Assembly: GCF_021054785.1 (NCBI RefSeq)
Contig: NZ_CP088239.1
Coordinates: 870,001 to 902,000 of the forward strand
From: Tannockella kyphosi
GTDB taxonomy: Bacteria > Bacillota_I > Bacilli_A > Erysipelotrichales > Coprobacillaceae
Direction: 5' to 3'
DNA: 32,000 nt
Below, piece by piece: positions 18,345 through 28,025 of this stretch. Below the pieces are notes generated by a model. The model did no database searches and was not told the DNA's origin. It saw nothing but the letters and a program-made list of their open reading frames with translations. Positions within the stretch are counted from its first letter, which is position 1, and each line of letters opens with the position of its first letter. The position numbers and the translations under genes were made by a program.

Positions 18345-18584
18345 ATGAGTCAAATTGATAGTGAACTAATCGCTCGAATTAATGTTCTTGCAAAGAAGAA
18401 AAAAGAAGGCACACTTACTAGTGAAGAATCTATAGAACAACAAGAACTACGAGCTATCTATATAAAGGAATTTAGAAAAGGTTTTAAGAGTCAACTAACA
18501 TCTATTAAAGTTGTTGACCCAGAAGGTAATGATGTAACACCAGAAAAATTAAAACAAGAAAAAGAAAAAAATAAACTTTCATAG
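18345..18584 (+). CDS. ynzC: DUF896 / UPF0291 family protein (YnzC-like)
   Basis: The start is ATG 18345 with SD aaggag at 18333-18338. The sequence ...IARINVLAKKKK...DPEGNDVTPEKLK... closely resembles B. subtilis YnzC. The 38 upstream codons in the listed ORF are not part of the family. Confidence 0.9.
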   Translation: MSQIDSELIARINVLAKKKKEGTLTSEESIEQQELRAIYIKEFRKGFKSQLTSIKVVDPEGNDVTPEKLKQEKEKNKLS

Positions 18585-18656
18585 TCGTTCAATCAAACAT
18601 ACATAAAATTTTATTCAATTTTGTGCTATGTTTTTTATTTGGTAAGGAGAAAAAAG

Positions 18657-20633
18657 ATGGAAAAAGAACAATTATCTATAGCTGCTATTCGTTCATTAGG
18701 AATAGATACAATTAATGCAGCTATGTCAGGACATCCAGGAATGGTTTTGGGTTCTGCCCCTGCGTTATATACGCTATTTACAAAAGAATTAAACATTTAT
18801 AGTAAGCAAAGTTCATGGTTTAACCGTGATCGTTTTGTTCTTGCTTCAGGGCATGCTTCAGCATTACTATATTCTTTATTACATTTGTCTAATTTTTCTA
18901 TTTCTATTGAAGATTTAAGACAATTTAGACAATGGGGTTCAGTAACTCCAGGACATCCTGAATGTGATATGACAGATGGTGTTGATGCTTCATCTGGACC
19001 TCTTGGTCAAGGTATTCCAATGGCTGTTGGTTTTGCAATGGCAGAAAAGTTTTTAAGTACAAAATATAATAGAGAAAATTTAGAAGTTGTTAATCATTAT
19101 ACGTATGCTCTTTGTGGAGATGGTGATATGCAAGAAGGAGTTACTTATGAAGCTGCTAGTATTGCTGGTCATTTATCATTAGGGAAGTTAATTGTTCTTT
19201 ATGATGCAAATGATATTACTTTAGATGGTCCCTTATCAATGTCTTCTAGCGAAGATGTTAAAAAAAGATATGAAGCATGTGGATGGCAAGTATTAGTTGT
19301 GAGTGATGGTAATGATTATACTGCTATTGCGAAGGCAATAAAAAAAGCGAAGAAAGAATTATTTAAACCTACTTTAATTATAATGAAAACTATAATTGGT
19401 TATGGATCAGTAAATCAAGGTACTAATAAAGTCCATGGTAATCCATTAGGTCAAGAAGATGGTAAAAATGCAAAATTATCTTATGGATTTGATTTTCCAG
19501 AATTCCATGTTCCAGAAGAAGTTTATGAAGATTTTGAAAAAACTGCAATTCGTCGTGGTAAATCTTCATTTAATAAATGGAAAAGAACATTAAAAGAATA
19601 TAAAAACAGCTATCCTGAGCTTGCTCAAGAGTTTGAAGCAGCGATGGCAGGCAAATATACATTCGATTTACAAGATTTATATACTAACTATGAAACAGGA
19701 TATAGTGATGCAACTAGAAATACTTCAAATGAAATAATTCAAGAAATTGCTAAACAAATCCCTACTTTTATGTCAGGATCAGCTGATTTAACGTCATCTA
19801 CAAAAACTTTTATTAATAATGAAAAAGTATTTAGTGTAGAAAATTATGAAGGCCGTAACTTAGTGTTTGGTATTCGTGAATTTGCTATGATTTCAATCTT
19901 AAATGGGATGACATTACATGGAGGAGTTCGTCCTAGTGCCGGTGGATTTATGGTATTTAGTGATTATTTTAAAGGGGCATTACGTATGTCTGCATTGATG
20001 CATTTACCGATTATTATACCATTATCTCATGATTCGATAGCAGTAGGGGAAGATGGTCCAACCCATCAACCAGTTGAACAACTAGCGATGTTACGTTCTA
20101 TTCCGAATGTACAAATTATCCGCCCATGTGATAGTCACGAAACAATTGCTGCTTGGAAGTTAGCGATAGAATCAAAAACTTCACCAACTTGTATATTATT
20201 AACAAGACAAAATACAATCACATTAGAGACTACTAATTATGATGGTGTTAGTAAAGGAGCATATATTGTTGGGAAAGAACTTTCACGCATTGATGCAATT
20301 ATTATTGCTACAGGTAGTGAAGTTAACTTAGCAATGGATGCAAAAGAAGCTTTATTAGCACAAAATATTGATGTTCGTGTTGTATCAATGCCTTGTCAAG
20401 AACTATTTGAAAAACAAAGTACTAAATATAAAGAATCTATTTTACCAAACAATATCCGTCGTCGTGTTTCTGTTGAAATGGCAACAGACTTTGGATGGCA
20501 TAAATATGTTGGTTTAGATGGAAAAGTGATTTCTGTTAGTCAATTTGGAGCATCTGCTGTTGCAAATACAGTAATTGAAAAATATGGATTTACTATTAAT
20601 AATGTAGTAGAAACTGTAAAAAGCCTCTTTTAA
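18657..20633 (+). CDS. tkt: transketolase
   Basis: The start is ATG 18657 with SD aaggag at 18644-18649. Motifs GHPG, GDGDMQEG and GEDGPTHQP are present. It is 658 aa. Confidence 0.97.
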   Translation: MEKEQLSIAAIRSLGIDTINAAMSGHPGMVLGSAPALYTLFTKELNIYSKQSSWFNRDRFVLASGHASALLYSLLHLSNFSISIEDLRQFRQWGSVTPGHPECDMTDGVDASSGPLGQGIPMAVGFAMAEKFLSTKYNRENLEVVNHYTYALCGDGDMQEGVTYEAASIAGHLSLGKLIVLYDANDITLDGPLSMSSSEDVKKRYEACGWQVLVVSDGNDYTAIAKAIKKAKKELFKPTLIIMKTIIGYGSVNQGTNKVHGNPLGQEDGKNAKLSYGFDFPEFHVPEEVYEDFEKTAIRRGKSSFNKWKRTLKEYKNSYPELAQEFEAAMAGKYTFDLQDLYTNYETGYSDATRNTSNEIIQEIAKQIPTFMSGSADLTSSTKTFINNEKVFSVENYEGRNLVFGIREFAMISILNGMTLHGGVRPSAGGFMVFSDYFKGALRMSALMHLPIIIPLSHDSIAVGEDGPTHQPVEQLAMLRSIPNVQIIRPCDSHETIAAWKLAIESKTSPTCILLTRQNTITLETTNYDGVSKGAYIVGKELSRIDAIIIATGSEVNLAMDAKEALLAQNIDVRVVSMPCQELFEKQSTKYKESILPNNIRRRVSVEMATDFGWHKYVGLDGKVISVSQFGASAVANTVIEKYGFTINNVVETVKSLF

Positions 20634-20663
20634 AAGATAAAACTCTTGTTTTATCTTTTTTTC
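20633..20663 (+). terminator. intrinsic terminator after tkt
   Basis: A 12-bp A/T-rich stem pairs aaaagataaaac with gttttatctttt around a tctt loop and runs into Ts. Confidence 0.65.
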
Positions 20664-20668
20664 GACAT
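20662..20668 (-). promoter_or_regulatory. Spo0A-box (TGTCGAA on the minus strand) upstream of the sirA-like ORF
   Basis: The + strand reads ttcgaca, which is a perfect 0A-box consensus TGTCGAA in inverse orientation. It lies 43 nt upstream of ATG 20711 and overlaps the -35 position relative to a TATATT box at 20690-20695. Confidence 0.4.
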
Positions 20669-20710
20669 ATTTTGTTATGAAAACGAGTTATATTGAAAAA
20701 GGGTGATTCG

Positions 20711-21064
20711 ATGAGATATAAAATATACATTATAAAACAAGAAAAGAATGCGATGTTTCAAAAATATCCAGCATTAAAAACTATGCTATCTTGCTTAACT
20801 GATACAAATTCTTTTTATAATCAACAAATAGATTTATTACTTGAAAATACAACAGATTTCAATTCATTTTTCTATAGTAACTTCTATCAACGTGATGATT
20901 ATAAAAAAATACATAATCATCATCAATTAGAAAATCAATTAACGAATGAAATTTCAAAATGCATCGTCCATGAATATTGTCTAGAAATCGAAAGCTGTCA
21001 AAAAACAAACTCTTTTATCGAATTGATTTGTCATAAAACACAAAACTATGTTATAATATCATAG
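20711..21064 (+). CDS. hypothetical protein, candidate divergent SirA (YneE)-like sporulation inhibitor of replication
   Basis: The start is ATG 20711 (SD aaagggtga). It occupies the yneE/sirA slot between tkt and yneF. The N-terminus RYKIYIIKQE resembles B. subtilis SirA as I recall it (YYTYLIKEE). Near the C-terminus, HEYCLEIES...FIELICHK resembles EHMIEIVAS...FFEVLRK. This is weak by-eye similarity only. Confidence 0.4.
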   Translation: MRYKIYIIKQEKNAMFQKYPALKTMLSCLTDTNSFYNQQIDLLLENTTDFNSFFYSNFYQRDDYKKIHNHHQLENQLTNEISKCIVHEYCLEIESCQKTNSFIELICHKTQNYVIIS

Positions 21065-21088
21065 AAAGTTAATTATAGGAGGTATCTT

Positions 21089-21295
21089 ATGGATATATTA
21101 TCAGTAATCTTAGGGATAGTAGTGGGATTAATTATTGGATTTTTCGCAGCTCGTTATTTCTTCAAAAAACAAATGAGAGAAAATCCACCAATCAATGAAA
21201 AAATGATTCGTGCTATGTTTATGGAAATGGGTAGAAAACCTAGCGAAGTACAAATCAAACGTATCTTATCATCTGTTAATGCACAATATAAATAA
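21089..21295 (+). CDS. yneF: UPF0154 family small membrane protein (YneF-like)
   Basis: It has one N-terminal TM helix followed by NPPINEKMIRAMFMEMGRKPSE, closely like B. subtilis YneF. SD aggagg lies upstream. Confidence 0.85.
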   Translation: MDILSVILGIVVGLIIGFFAARYFFKKQMRENPPINEKMIRAMFMEMGRKPSEVQIKRILSSVNAQYK

Positions 21296-21315
21296 GGGTA
21301 TACCCTTATTTTTTG
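21291..21315 (+). terminator. intrinsic terminator after yneF
   Basis: An 8-bp stem pairs aataaggg with cccttatt around a tata loop, followed by TTTTT. Confidence 0.65.
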
Positions 21316-21318
21316 TTT

Positions 21319-21948
21319 ATGAAAATATATTTTTGTCGTCATTCCAAAACTATTTGGAATCAAGAGCATCGTTTACAAGGGTGGCAAGATTCACCTTTAA
21401 CTACTCAAGGAGTGGAAGATGCATATCTATTAAAAGAACGGATGAAAGAGATACAAATTGATTATTGTTATTCTAGTCCCATAGGAAGAGCAAAACAAAC
21501 AACAAATATTTTATTTGAAGATGATATTATTTATTATGATCATCGTTTAAAAGAAATGAATTTTGGTGATTTTGAAGGAAGATATGTAAAAGATTTATTA
21601 AAAGAAGAAACTTATTGGTGTTTATGGAATCAACCAACTTCTGATTTATCTTTACCTAATGGAGAAACTTTTCAAGAAGTAAAAGATAGATTATCTATTT
21701 TCTTAGATGATATTTATAAAAAGCATTCAGATAAAACAATATTTATTACTGGTCATGGAATGATGATGATTGTTTTAAGAAGTATGATAGAGAGTTGTCC
21801 TATTGAAAACTTACCAGAAATTAATGAGGTATTTAGAGGATGTTCGTTAAGTGAAGTAGATTATGATGGACATACTTTTTGTATCCATTATTTAAATGAT
21901 AGCAAACATCTATCACCTGATTATCAACAAAAAAATTACGGAAAATAA
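21319..21948 (+). CDS. histidine phosphatase family protein (PhoE/GpmB-like)
   Basis: MKIYFCRHSKTIWN carries the RH catalytic motif and ITGHGMM carries the second His. I prefer ATG 21319. Confidence 0.85.
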   Translation: MKIYFCRHSKTIWNQEHRLQGWQDSPLTTQGVEDAYLLKERMKEIQIDYCYSSPIGRAKQTTNILFEDDIIYYDHRLKEMNFGDFEGRYVKDLLKEETYWCLWNQPTSDLSLPNGETFQEVKDRLSIFLDDIYKKHSDKTIFITGHGMMMIVLRSMIESCPIENLPEINEVFRGCSLSEVDYDGHTFCIHYLNDSKHLSPDYQQKNYGK

Positions 21949-21973
21949 AAAAAGAGGGAAGCCCTCTTTTTTA
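21946..21973. terminator. bidirectional intrinsic terminator between convergent phosphatase and plsY genes
   Basis: The hairpin is aaaaaaagaggg-aag-ccctctttttt. The GC stem is flanked by an A-run and a T-run, so it can work on both strands. Confidence 0.8.
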
Positions 21974-22570
21974 CATCCAAGTAATTTTTCTTTCTGTTTT
22001 ATTTTTAATATTGATAAAATTAGATTTATGACGATATATTAATAATAAAACTATCCCCCATGTAGCGATTGTACCAAGCATGCTAAGATTTAATAATGGT
22101 GAAAAAATCAATACTGTGCCAGATGCAATACAAGAAGATAATGATACATATTTTGATAATTTTAAAACGATAAAAAAGATAACTAATGACAATACTGCTC
22201 CTAGAGGATTAATAGCAAAGAAATAACCAATCGCAGTGGAAACAGCTTTTCCCCCTTTGAATCCTGCAAAAATAGGAAAACAATGACCTATAACACAAGC
22301 AAAAGCACATAAATAATAGAAATCTGGAATTAGATTGTAATGAATAACAAAATACTTACAGACAAACATTACTAAAAAAGCTTTACTTGCATCTAAGACG
22401 ATACAAGCGATACCTGCTGGTTTTCCAAGGACTCTACCAACATTAGATCCTCCTAAATTTCCAGAACCATGTTGACGGACATCTGTTTTATAGAACACTT
22501 TTCCTATTACTAAAGCAAAAGGAATAGATCCGTATAAATAACTTAAAATAATTAATAAACATTCTTTCAT
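21971..22570 (-). CDS. plsY: glycerol-3-phosphate acyltransferase PlsY
   Basis: LSYLYGSIPFALVIGK...HGSGNLGGSNVGR is typical of PlsY. I prefer the start at ATG 22570 (MKECLL), with alternatives at 22576 and 22579. It is divergent from parE as in B. subtilis. Confidence 0.93.
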   Translation of the reverse strand: MKECLLIILSYLYGSIPFALVIGKVFYKTDVRQHGSGNLGGSNVGRVLGKPAGIACIVLDASKAFLVMFVCKYFVIHYNLIPDFYYLCAFACVIGHCFPIFAGFKGGKAVSTAIGYFFAINPLGAVLSLVIFFIVLKLSKYVSLSSCIASGTVLIFSPLLNLSMLGTIATWGIVLLLIYRHKSNFINIKNKTERKITWM

Positions 22571-22622
22571 TTTCATCACCCAAAATCATTATAAAGCATA
22601 ACTGAAATAATTCAACTAAGCT

Positions 22623-22650
22623 TTGAAAAAAATTGAATTTTAGGTATAAT
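22623..22650 (+). promoter_or_regulatory. sigma-A type promoter for parE-parC
   Basis: TTGAAA at 22623-22628, a 16-nt spacer, and TATAAT at 22645-22650. It lies about 27 nt upstream of the parE ATG. Confidence 0.55.
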
Positions 22651-22676
22651 AATATAGTTGTAGGAGGAATAAACAA

Positions 22677-24614
22677 ATGAAAAAAGTAATTAATTCATAT
22701 ACTGAAGATAATATACAAATATTAGAAGGACTGGATGCAGTTCGTAAAAGACCAGGAATGTATATTGGTTCTACGGATGGTAGAGGATTGCATCATTTGG
22801 TTTGGGAAATTGTTGATAATGCAATCGACGAAGCATTAGCTGGATATGGCGATCAAATTAATGTCACTATAAAAAAAGATAATAGTATTGAAGTTACTGA
22901 CTTTGGACGTGGAATGCCAACTGGGATGCATAAATCTGGAAAAGGTGCTACAGAAGTTATTTTAACTGTATTACATGCAGGTGGTAAATTTTCTGAAGAT
23001 GGTGGTTATAAAACATCTGGGGGATTACATGGTGTTGGTGCAAGTGTTGTAAATGCATTGTCTTCTTGGTTAGTAGTAACGGTTCATCGTGATGGTAAAA
23101 TTTACCAACAACGTTTTGAAGATGGTGCTAAAAAGATTTCAAAAATGAAAGAAATTGGAAAAACTACAAAGACAGGTACAACTATTCATTTTTTAGCGAA
23201 TCCATCTATTTTTTCAGTTACTGAATTTAATTATGGAACTATAAGAGAGAGATTAATGGAAAGTGCATTTCTATTAAATGGTGTTTCTATTGATTTATTT
23301 GATGAAAGAAATGATAAATCAGATCATTTTCAATTTGATAAAGGTTTAATTGCCTTTAGTGAATATATCAATGATAATAAAGAAGTTTTACATCCTCCTG
23401 TTTTAATTGAAGGAAATAATAATGAATTTGATGTAGAAGTAGCTCTTCAATTTACTAGTGGATACCAAGAAACTATTGTTTCTTTTGTTAACTTAGTTAG
23501 AACTGGTGATGGTGGAACACATGAAACAGGTTTTAAATCTGCTTTAACAAAAACATTTAATGAATATGCTAGAAAATATGCTTTGTTAAAAGATAAAGAT
23601 AAGAACTTAGAAGGAAACGACGTACGTGAAGGACTTTCAGGTATTATTTCTATTAAAATACCTGAAAAATATTTACAATTTGAAGGACAAACAAAATCTA
23701 AATTAGGAACTCCTGAAGCAAGAGCGATTGTTGATAATGTTGTTTATGAAAAATTATCGTTTTATTTAGAAGAAAACAAAGCAATTGCTGATAACTTAAT
23801 TAAAAAGATGATTAAAGCTAGAATGGTGCGAGAAGCAGCTAGAAAAGCTCGAGAATTAGCAAGAAATGGTAAATCAAATAAACAAGAACGTATTTTGAGT
23901 GGGAAGTTAGCTCCTGCTCAATCAAAAGATAAAAAGAAAAAAGAATTGTATTTAGTAGAAGGGGATTCAGCTGGTGGTAGTGCAAAACAAGGTCGTGATC
24001 GTAAACATCAAGCAATTTTACCTTTAAGAGGGAAAGTTATTAATACTGAAAAAGCGGCTTTAAGTGATGTTTTAAAGAATGAAGAAATATCAACCATGAT
24101 TCATACAATTGGTGCTGGTGTTGGTAGTGATTTTCAGGTTGAAGATAGTAATTATGGAAAAGTAATTATTATGACCGATGCCGATACAGATGGGGCTCAT
24201 ATTCAAATATTATTACTAACATTCTTTTATCGTTATATGCGTGATTTAATTGTCCAAGGAAAGGTCTTTATAGCCTTGCCTCCGTTATATAAGATTTCTA
24301 AAAAAGTTGGTAAAAAGCAACAAATATTATATGCATGGGAAGACCATGAATTAGAAGAAGCAAAAAAAGAATTAGGAAAAGGTTATGCTATTCAACGTTA
24401 CAAAGGATTAGGAGAAATGAATGCAGACCAATTATGGGATACTACAATGAATCCTGAAACACGTACTTTAATCCAAGTATCGATTGATGATGCTGCCATA
24501 GTTGAAAGAAGAGTATCTGTTTTAATGGGTGATAAGGTAGAGCCTAGACGTGAATGGATTGAAGAAAATGTTCAATTTTCTTTAGAAGATACTTATGAAA
24601 TTGAGGGTAAATAA
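22677..24614 (+). CDS. parE: DNA topoisomerase IV subunit B
   Basis: It has the GHKL ATPase plus TOPRIM architecture (EGDSAGG, DADTDGAHI). GRGMPTGMHK matches ParE rather than GyrB. The context is plsY-parE-parC. Confidence 0.9.
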   Translation: MKKVINSYTEDNIQILEGLDAVRKRPGMYIGSTDGRGLHHLVWEIVDNAIDEALAGYGDQINVTIKKDNSIEVTDFGRGMPTGMHKSGKGATEVILTVLHAGGKFSEDGGYKTSGGLHGVGASVVNALSSWLVVTVHRDGKIYQQRFEDGAKKISKMKEIGKTTKTGTTIHFLANPSIFSVTEFNYGTIRERLMESAFLLNGVSIDLFDERNDKSDHFQFDKGLIAFSEYINDNKEVLHPPVLIEGNNNEFDVEVALQFTSGYQETIVSFVNLVRTGDGGTHETGFKSALTKTFNEYARKYALLKDKDKNLEGNDVREGLSGIISIKIPEKYLQFEGQTKSKLGTPEARAIVDNVVYEKLSFYLEENKAIADNLIKKMIKARMVREAARKARELARNGKSNKQERILSGKLAPAQSKDKKKKELYLVEGDSAGGSAKQGRDRKHQAILPLRGKVINTEKAALSDVLKNEEISTMIHTIGAGVGSDFQVEDSNYGKVIIMTDADTDGAHIQILLLTFFYRYMRDLIVQGKVFIALPPLYKISKKVGKKQQILYAWEDHELEEAKKELGKGYAIQRYKGLGEMNADQLWDTTMNPETRTLIQVSIDDAAIVERRVSVLMGDKVEPRREWIEENVQFSLEDTYEIEGK

Positions 24615-27128
24615 ATGATTGATAAAAAAATAGAAATGTCCCTTGATATTATCATGGGAGATCGATTCGCTAAATACTCAAAATATATTATTCAAGATCG
24701 TGCTTTACCAGATGTCAGAGATGGTTTAAAACCAGTTCAAAGAAGAATATTATATTCGATGTTTAAAGAAGGTAACTTACAAAGCAAAGCTTATCGTAAA
24801 TCAGCAAAAACAGTTGGTAACGTAATTGGTAACTATCACCCACATGGTGATAGTTCCGTATATGATGCAATGGTCCGTATGTCACAAGATTGGAAATATC
24901 GTGTCCCCTTAGTTGATATGCAAGGGAATAACGGTTCTATCGATAATGATCCAGCAGCTGCAATGCGTTACACAGAAGCTCGTTTATCAGCGATTAGTGA
25001 ATTGTTATTAAAAGATATTGACAAAGAAACAGTACTATTTTCATTAAATTTTGATGATACTGAATATGAACCAACTGTTTTACCGGCAGCTTATCCTAAC
25101 TTATTAGTAAATGGAGCTACTGGTATTTCTGCTGGATATGCTACAGATATACCACCACATAACTTACATGAAGTTATTGATGCAACGATTTGTCGTATTA
25201 CAAATCCTGATTGTTCATTAGAACAACTAATGGAACATATGAAAGGTCCTGATTTCCCTACCGGTGCGATTGTAGAAGGTAAAGAAGGAATTGAACAAGC
25301 ATTTAAATATGGGAAAGGGAAAGTAATATTACGTGCTGTTTCTACTATTGAACAAACAAAAACAATGAATAAAATATGTATTAGTGAAATTCCTTATGAA
25401 GTAAATAAAGCGGAATTAGTCCGTAAAATTGATGAAATACGTTTTAATAGAAATATTGATGGTATTATTGAAGTTCGTGATGAATCAGATCGAGATGGCT
25501 TAATGATTGTTATTGAATTAAAAAAAGAAGTATCGATTGAGAATACTTTAAATTATTTTTATAAAAATACAGACTTACAAAAGAACTATAATTATAATAT
25601 GGTAGCTATTAAAGATAAAAGACCTAACTTAATGGGATTAAAAGATATTTTAGATGGTTATATCAACCATCAAATTGATGTAATTACAAAAAGCACATTA
25701 TTTGATTTACAAAAAGCAAATCGTCGTAAACATATTGTAGCTGGGTTAATTAAAGCAATTTCTATCCTTGATGAAGTAGTTGCTTTAATACGTAAATCAA
25801 AAGATAAAGGGGATGCTAAAAATAACTTAATTACTAAGTTTGATTTTAGTGAATTACAAGCAGAAGCAATTGTTATGTTACAACTTTATCGTTTAACTAA
25901 TACAGATATTGTTTCTTTACAAAATGAAGATCATGATTTAGATAAACAAATTGTTTATCTAAATGCTATTTTAGATAGTGATGAAAGATTAAGGGAAGAA
26001 ATCATTAATCGTTTAACAGCAGTCAAGAATACTTATAAAATACCTCGTTTATCTATTATTAAAGATGAAATCAAAGAGATTAAAATTGATGAAAAAGCAA
26101 TGATTCTTAGTGAAGATATCAATGTATCCATCACTAGAGATGGATACATTAAAAGAATCTCTAATCGTTCTATTAAAGCTAGTGAAGGTAGTCTAATTGG
26201 TAAAAAAGAGGATGATTATTTATTAAAACTAATTCAAATGAATACAGTGGAAAGTTTATTATTGTTTACGAATAAAGGAAATTATTTGTATATTCCTGCC
26301 CATAAGATTGAAGAATTTAAATGGAAAGATATAGGTAAACATGTTAGTTATTTAGTTTCTATTGATTCTACTGAAAAAATAATAGAAGCTATTGTTGTTC
26401 ATGATTTTAGTGCTCCATTTTATATTTTAATGGTTTCTAAATTTGGACAAATAAAACGTACGAAATTAGAAGATTTTGAAGTAACAAGATATTCTAAATC
26501 ATTAAAATGTTTTGGATTAAAAGAACATGATGAAGTGATTAGTGCTAGTTTAACTAATGGCAATTGTGCTGTGTTATTATCTACATATGCTGGTTATACA
26601 GGAATGTATAGTGAACAGGAAGTTTCGATTGTAGGAACTAAAGCAGCTGGTATTAAGGCTTTAAATGTGAAAGATGACCATTTAATTGCAGCAAATACTT
26701 TTGATCCTTTTGCTAATTTATCGATTATGTTATTTAGTGAAAATGTGGGTGTCAAACGTTTGAAGTTAGATGATATTCAATTATGTTCTAGACAAGCAAA
26801 AGGGATGACGGTCTATAAAAATCCTAAATCGAAAGCAATTCATTTAAAAGATGTTATTGTTTGTCCAATTGATACTTTACTTCAAGTACATACAACAGAG
26901 GATGTTTATCGTCTTGTACCTAAAGACTATAGTAATGCATCTTTAGAACAAAAACCTACTTCTATGACTACGAATAAAACAGAAGTAGTTCATTTAGTAA
27001 CTACTGATATTATTCAAGATACAAAATTAGTAAAGATTGAAACAGTGGCTCCAACAATGAAGAAAAATGAACATGATTCATTTAAAGAAGAAATGGAAAG
27101 AACACTGTTTACAATGTTGGATGATTAG
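24615..27128 (+). CDS. parC: DNA topoisomerase IV subunit A
   Basis: [12 protein letters not shown] and the active-site [10 protein letters not shown] are present. I see no GyrA-box in the C-terminal domain. It immediately follows parE. Confidence 0.9.
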   Translation: MIDKKIEMSLDIIMGDRFAKYSKYIIQDRALPDVRDGLKPVQRRILYSMFKEGNLQSKAYRKSAKTVGNVIGNYHPHGDSSVYDAMVRMSQDWKYRVPLVDMQGNNGSIDNDPAAAMRYTEARLSAISELLLKDIDKETVLFSLNFDDTEYEPTVLPAAYPNLLVNGATGISAGYATDIPPHNLHEVIDATICRITNPDCSLEQLMEHMKGPDFPTGAIVEGKEGIEQAFKYGKGKVILRAVSTIEQTKTMNKICISEIPYEVNKAELVRKIDEIRFNRNIDGIIEVRDESDRDGLMIVIELKKEVSIENTLNYFYKNTDLQKNYNYNMVAIKDKRPNLMGLKDILDGYINHQIDVITKSTLFDLQKANRRKHIVAGLIKAISILDEVVALIRKSKDKGDAKNNLITKFDFSELQAEAIVMLQLYRLTNTDIVSLQNEDHDLDKQIVYLNAILDSDERLREEIINRLTAVKNTYKIPRLSIIKDEIKEIKIDEKAMILSEDINVSITRDGYIKRISNRSIKASEGSLIGKKEDDYLLKLIQMNTVESLLLFTNKGNYLYIPAHKIEEFKWKDIGKHVSYLVSIDSTEKIIEAIVVHDFSAPFYILMVSKFGQIKRTKLEDFEVTRYSKSLKCFGLKEHDEVISASLTNGNCAVLLSTYAGYTGMYSEQEVSIVGTKAAGIKALNVKDDHLIAANTFDPFANLSIMLFSENVGVKRLKLDDIQLCSRQAKGMTVYKNPKSKAIHLKDVIVCPIDTLLQVHTTEDVYRLVPKDYSNASLEQKPTSMTTNKTEVVHLVTTDIIQDTKLVKIETVAPTMKKNEHDSFKEEMERTLFTMLDD

Positions 27129-27829
27129 TATTTAAAAGATTCATTTTGATTATCTTTTAAATATTCTTTTAATAGCTTTATAAGCGCTCTTTTTTCCAAA
27201 CGTGATACATAAGACCTAGAAATATTTAGTTCTTTCGCTATTTGTTTTTGGGTGTATACAGTAGTTTGATTTAAACCATAACGCATAGTTATGGTTTTTA
27301 GTTCTCGCGTAGTTAATATATGGTAGTATTGTTTTAATTTGTTAATGGAGTCATTTTGTACGATTTGATCTAAGATAGGAATCTGTTTATCTGGAATAAG
27401 ATCTTCTAATATAATTTCGCTACCATCTTTATCACTACCAATAATTTCATTCATAGAAACATCAAGACTTGTTTTCTTATTTGTTCTAAGATGCATTAAT
27501 ATTTCATTTTCAATACATCTAGCAACATAAGTTGCTAGTTTTGTTTTGTGTTCCGGTTTATAATTATCGACACCTTTAATTAAACCAACAGTACCAATAC
27601 TTATTAAGTCTTCTTGTAAATCTTTTTTGTTTTCATATTTTTTGGCCACATGTGCTACTAATCGAAGATTTCTTTCAATTAGTATATTTCTTGCATTTTT
27701 ATCTCCTTGAAAAAGTTTTTCTAAATATTCTTGTTCTTCTAATTTTGATAAAGGCTTTTCAAAGGTTTGTGTTTTAACATAAGAAACAAAAAAGATATTT
27801 GATAATAAACTCATAATGGATAAAAACAT
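27125..27829 (-). CDS. sigK: sporulation sigma factor, SigK-like (pro-protein), uninterrupted
   Basis: [16 protein letters not shown]...[16 protein letters not shown]...[13 protein letters not shown]...[14 protein letters not shown] tracks B. subtilis pro-SigK closely, including the SYVK processing-site context. I prefer ATG 27829 (GAGGTG 6 nt upstream) over the listed GTG at 27838. SigE cannot be fully excluded by eye. Confidence 0.75.
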   Translation of the reverse strand: MFLSIMSLLSNIFFVSYVKTQTFEKPLSKLEEQEYLEKLFQGDKNARNILIERNLRLVAHVAKKYENKKDLQEDLISIGTVGLIKGVDNYKPEHKTKLATYVARCIENEILMHLRTNKKTSLDVSMNEIIGSDKDGSEIILEDLIPDKQIPILDQIVQNDSINKLKQYYHILTTRELKTITMRYGLNQTTVYTQKQIAKELNISRSYVSRLEKRALIKLLKEYLKDNQNESFKY

Positions 27830-27972
27830 TTCTTTCACCTCAAATATACTTATGAAAAAATAGTCTAAATATGACTACGATAATAAGTAGTATTATTTTG
27901 TTTATACATTTCTTATTTTTAATCATTGTTTAGTTTTTTTTGTGTATATAAATGTTAATCATTCGGACAATG

Positions 27973-27981
27973 TGTTATAAT
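27973..27981 (+). promoter_or_regulatory. extended -10 promoter element (TGtTATAAT) upstream of the CAP-domain gene
   Basis: TGtTATAAT is an exact TGnTATAAT match, 45 nt upstream of ATG 28026. Confidence 0.4.
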
Positions 27982-28025
27982 TTCTTTGGACAAGATTTAA
28001 AAATACGGGAAAAGGAATAAAATTT

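Noticed and set aside
22677-27128. The possibility that the type IIA topoisomerase pair is gyrB/gyrA.
   Set aside because: The subunit B motif GRGMPTGMH is ParE-like. I see no GyrA-box in the subunit A C-terminal domain. The plsY-parE-parC context matches Bacillus, and gyrBA normally sits near dnaA-dnaN-recF.
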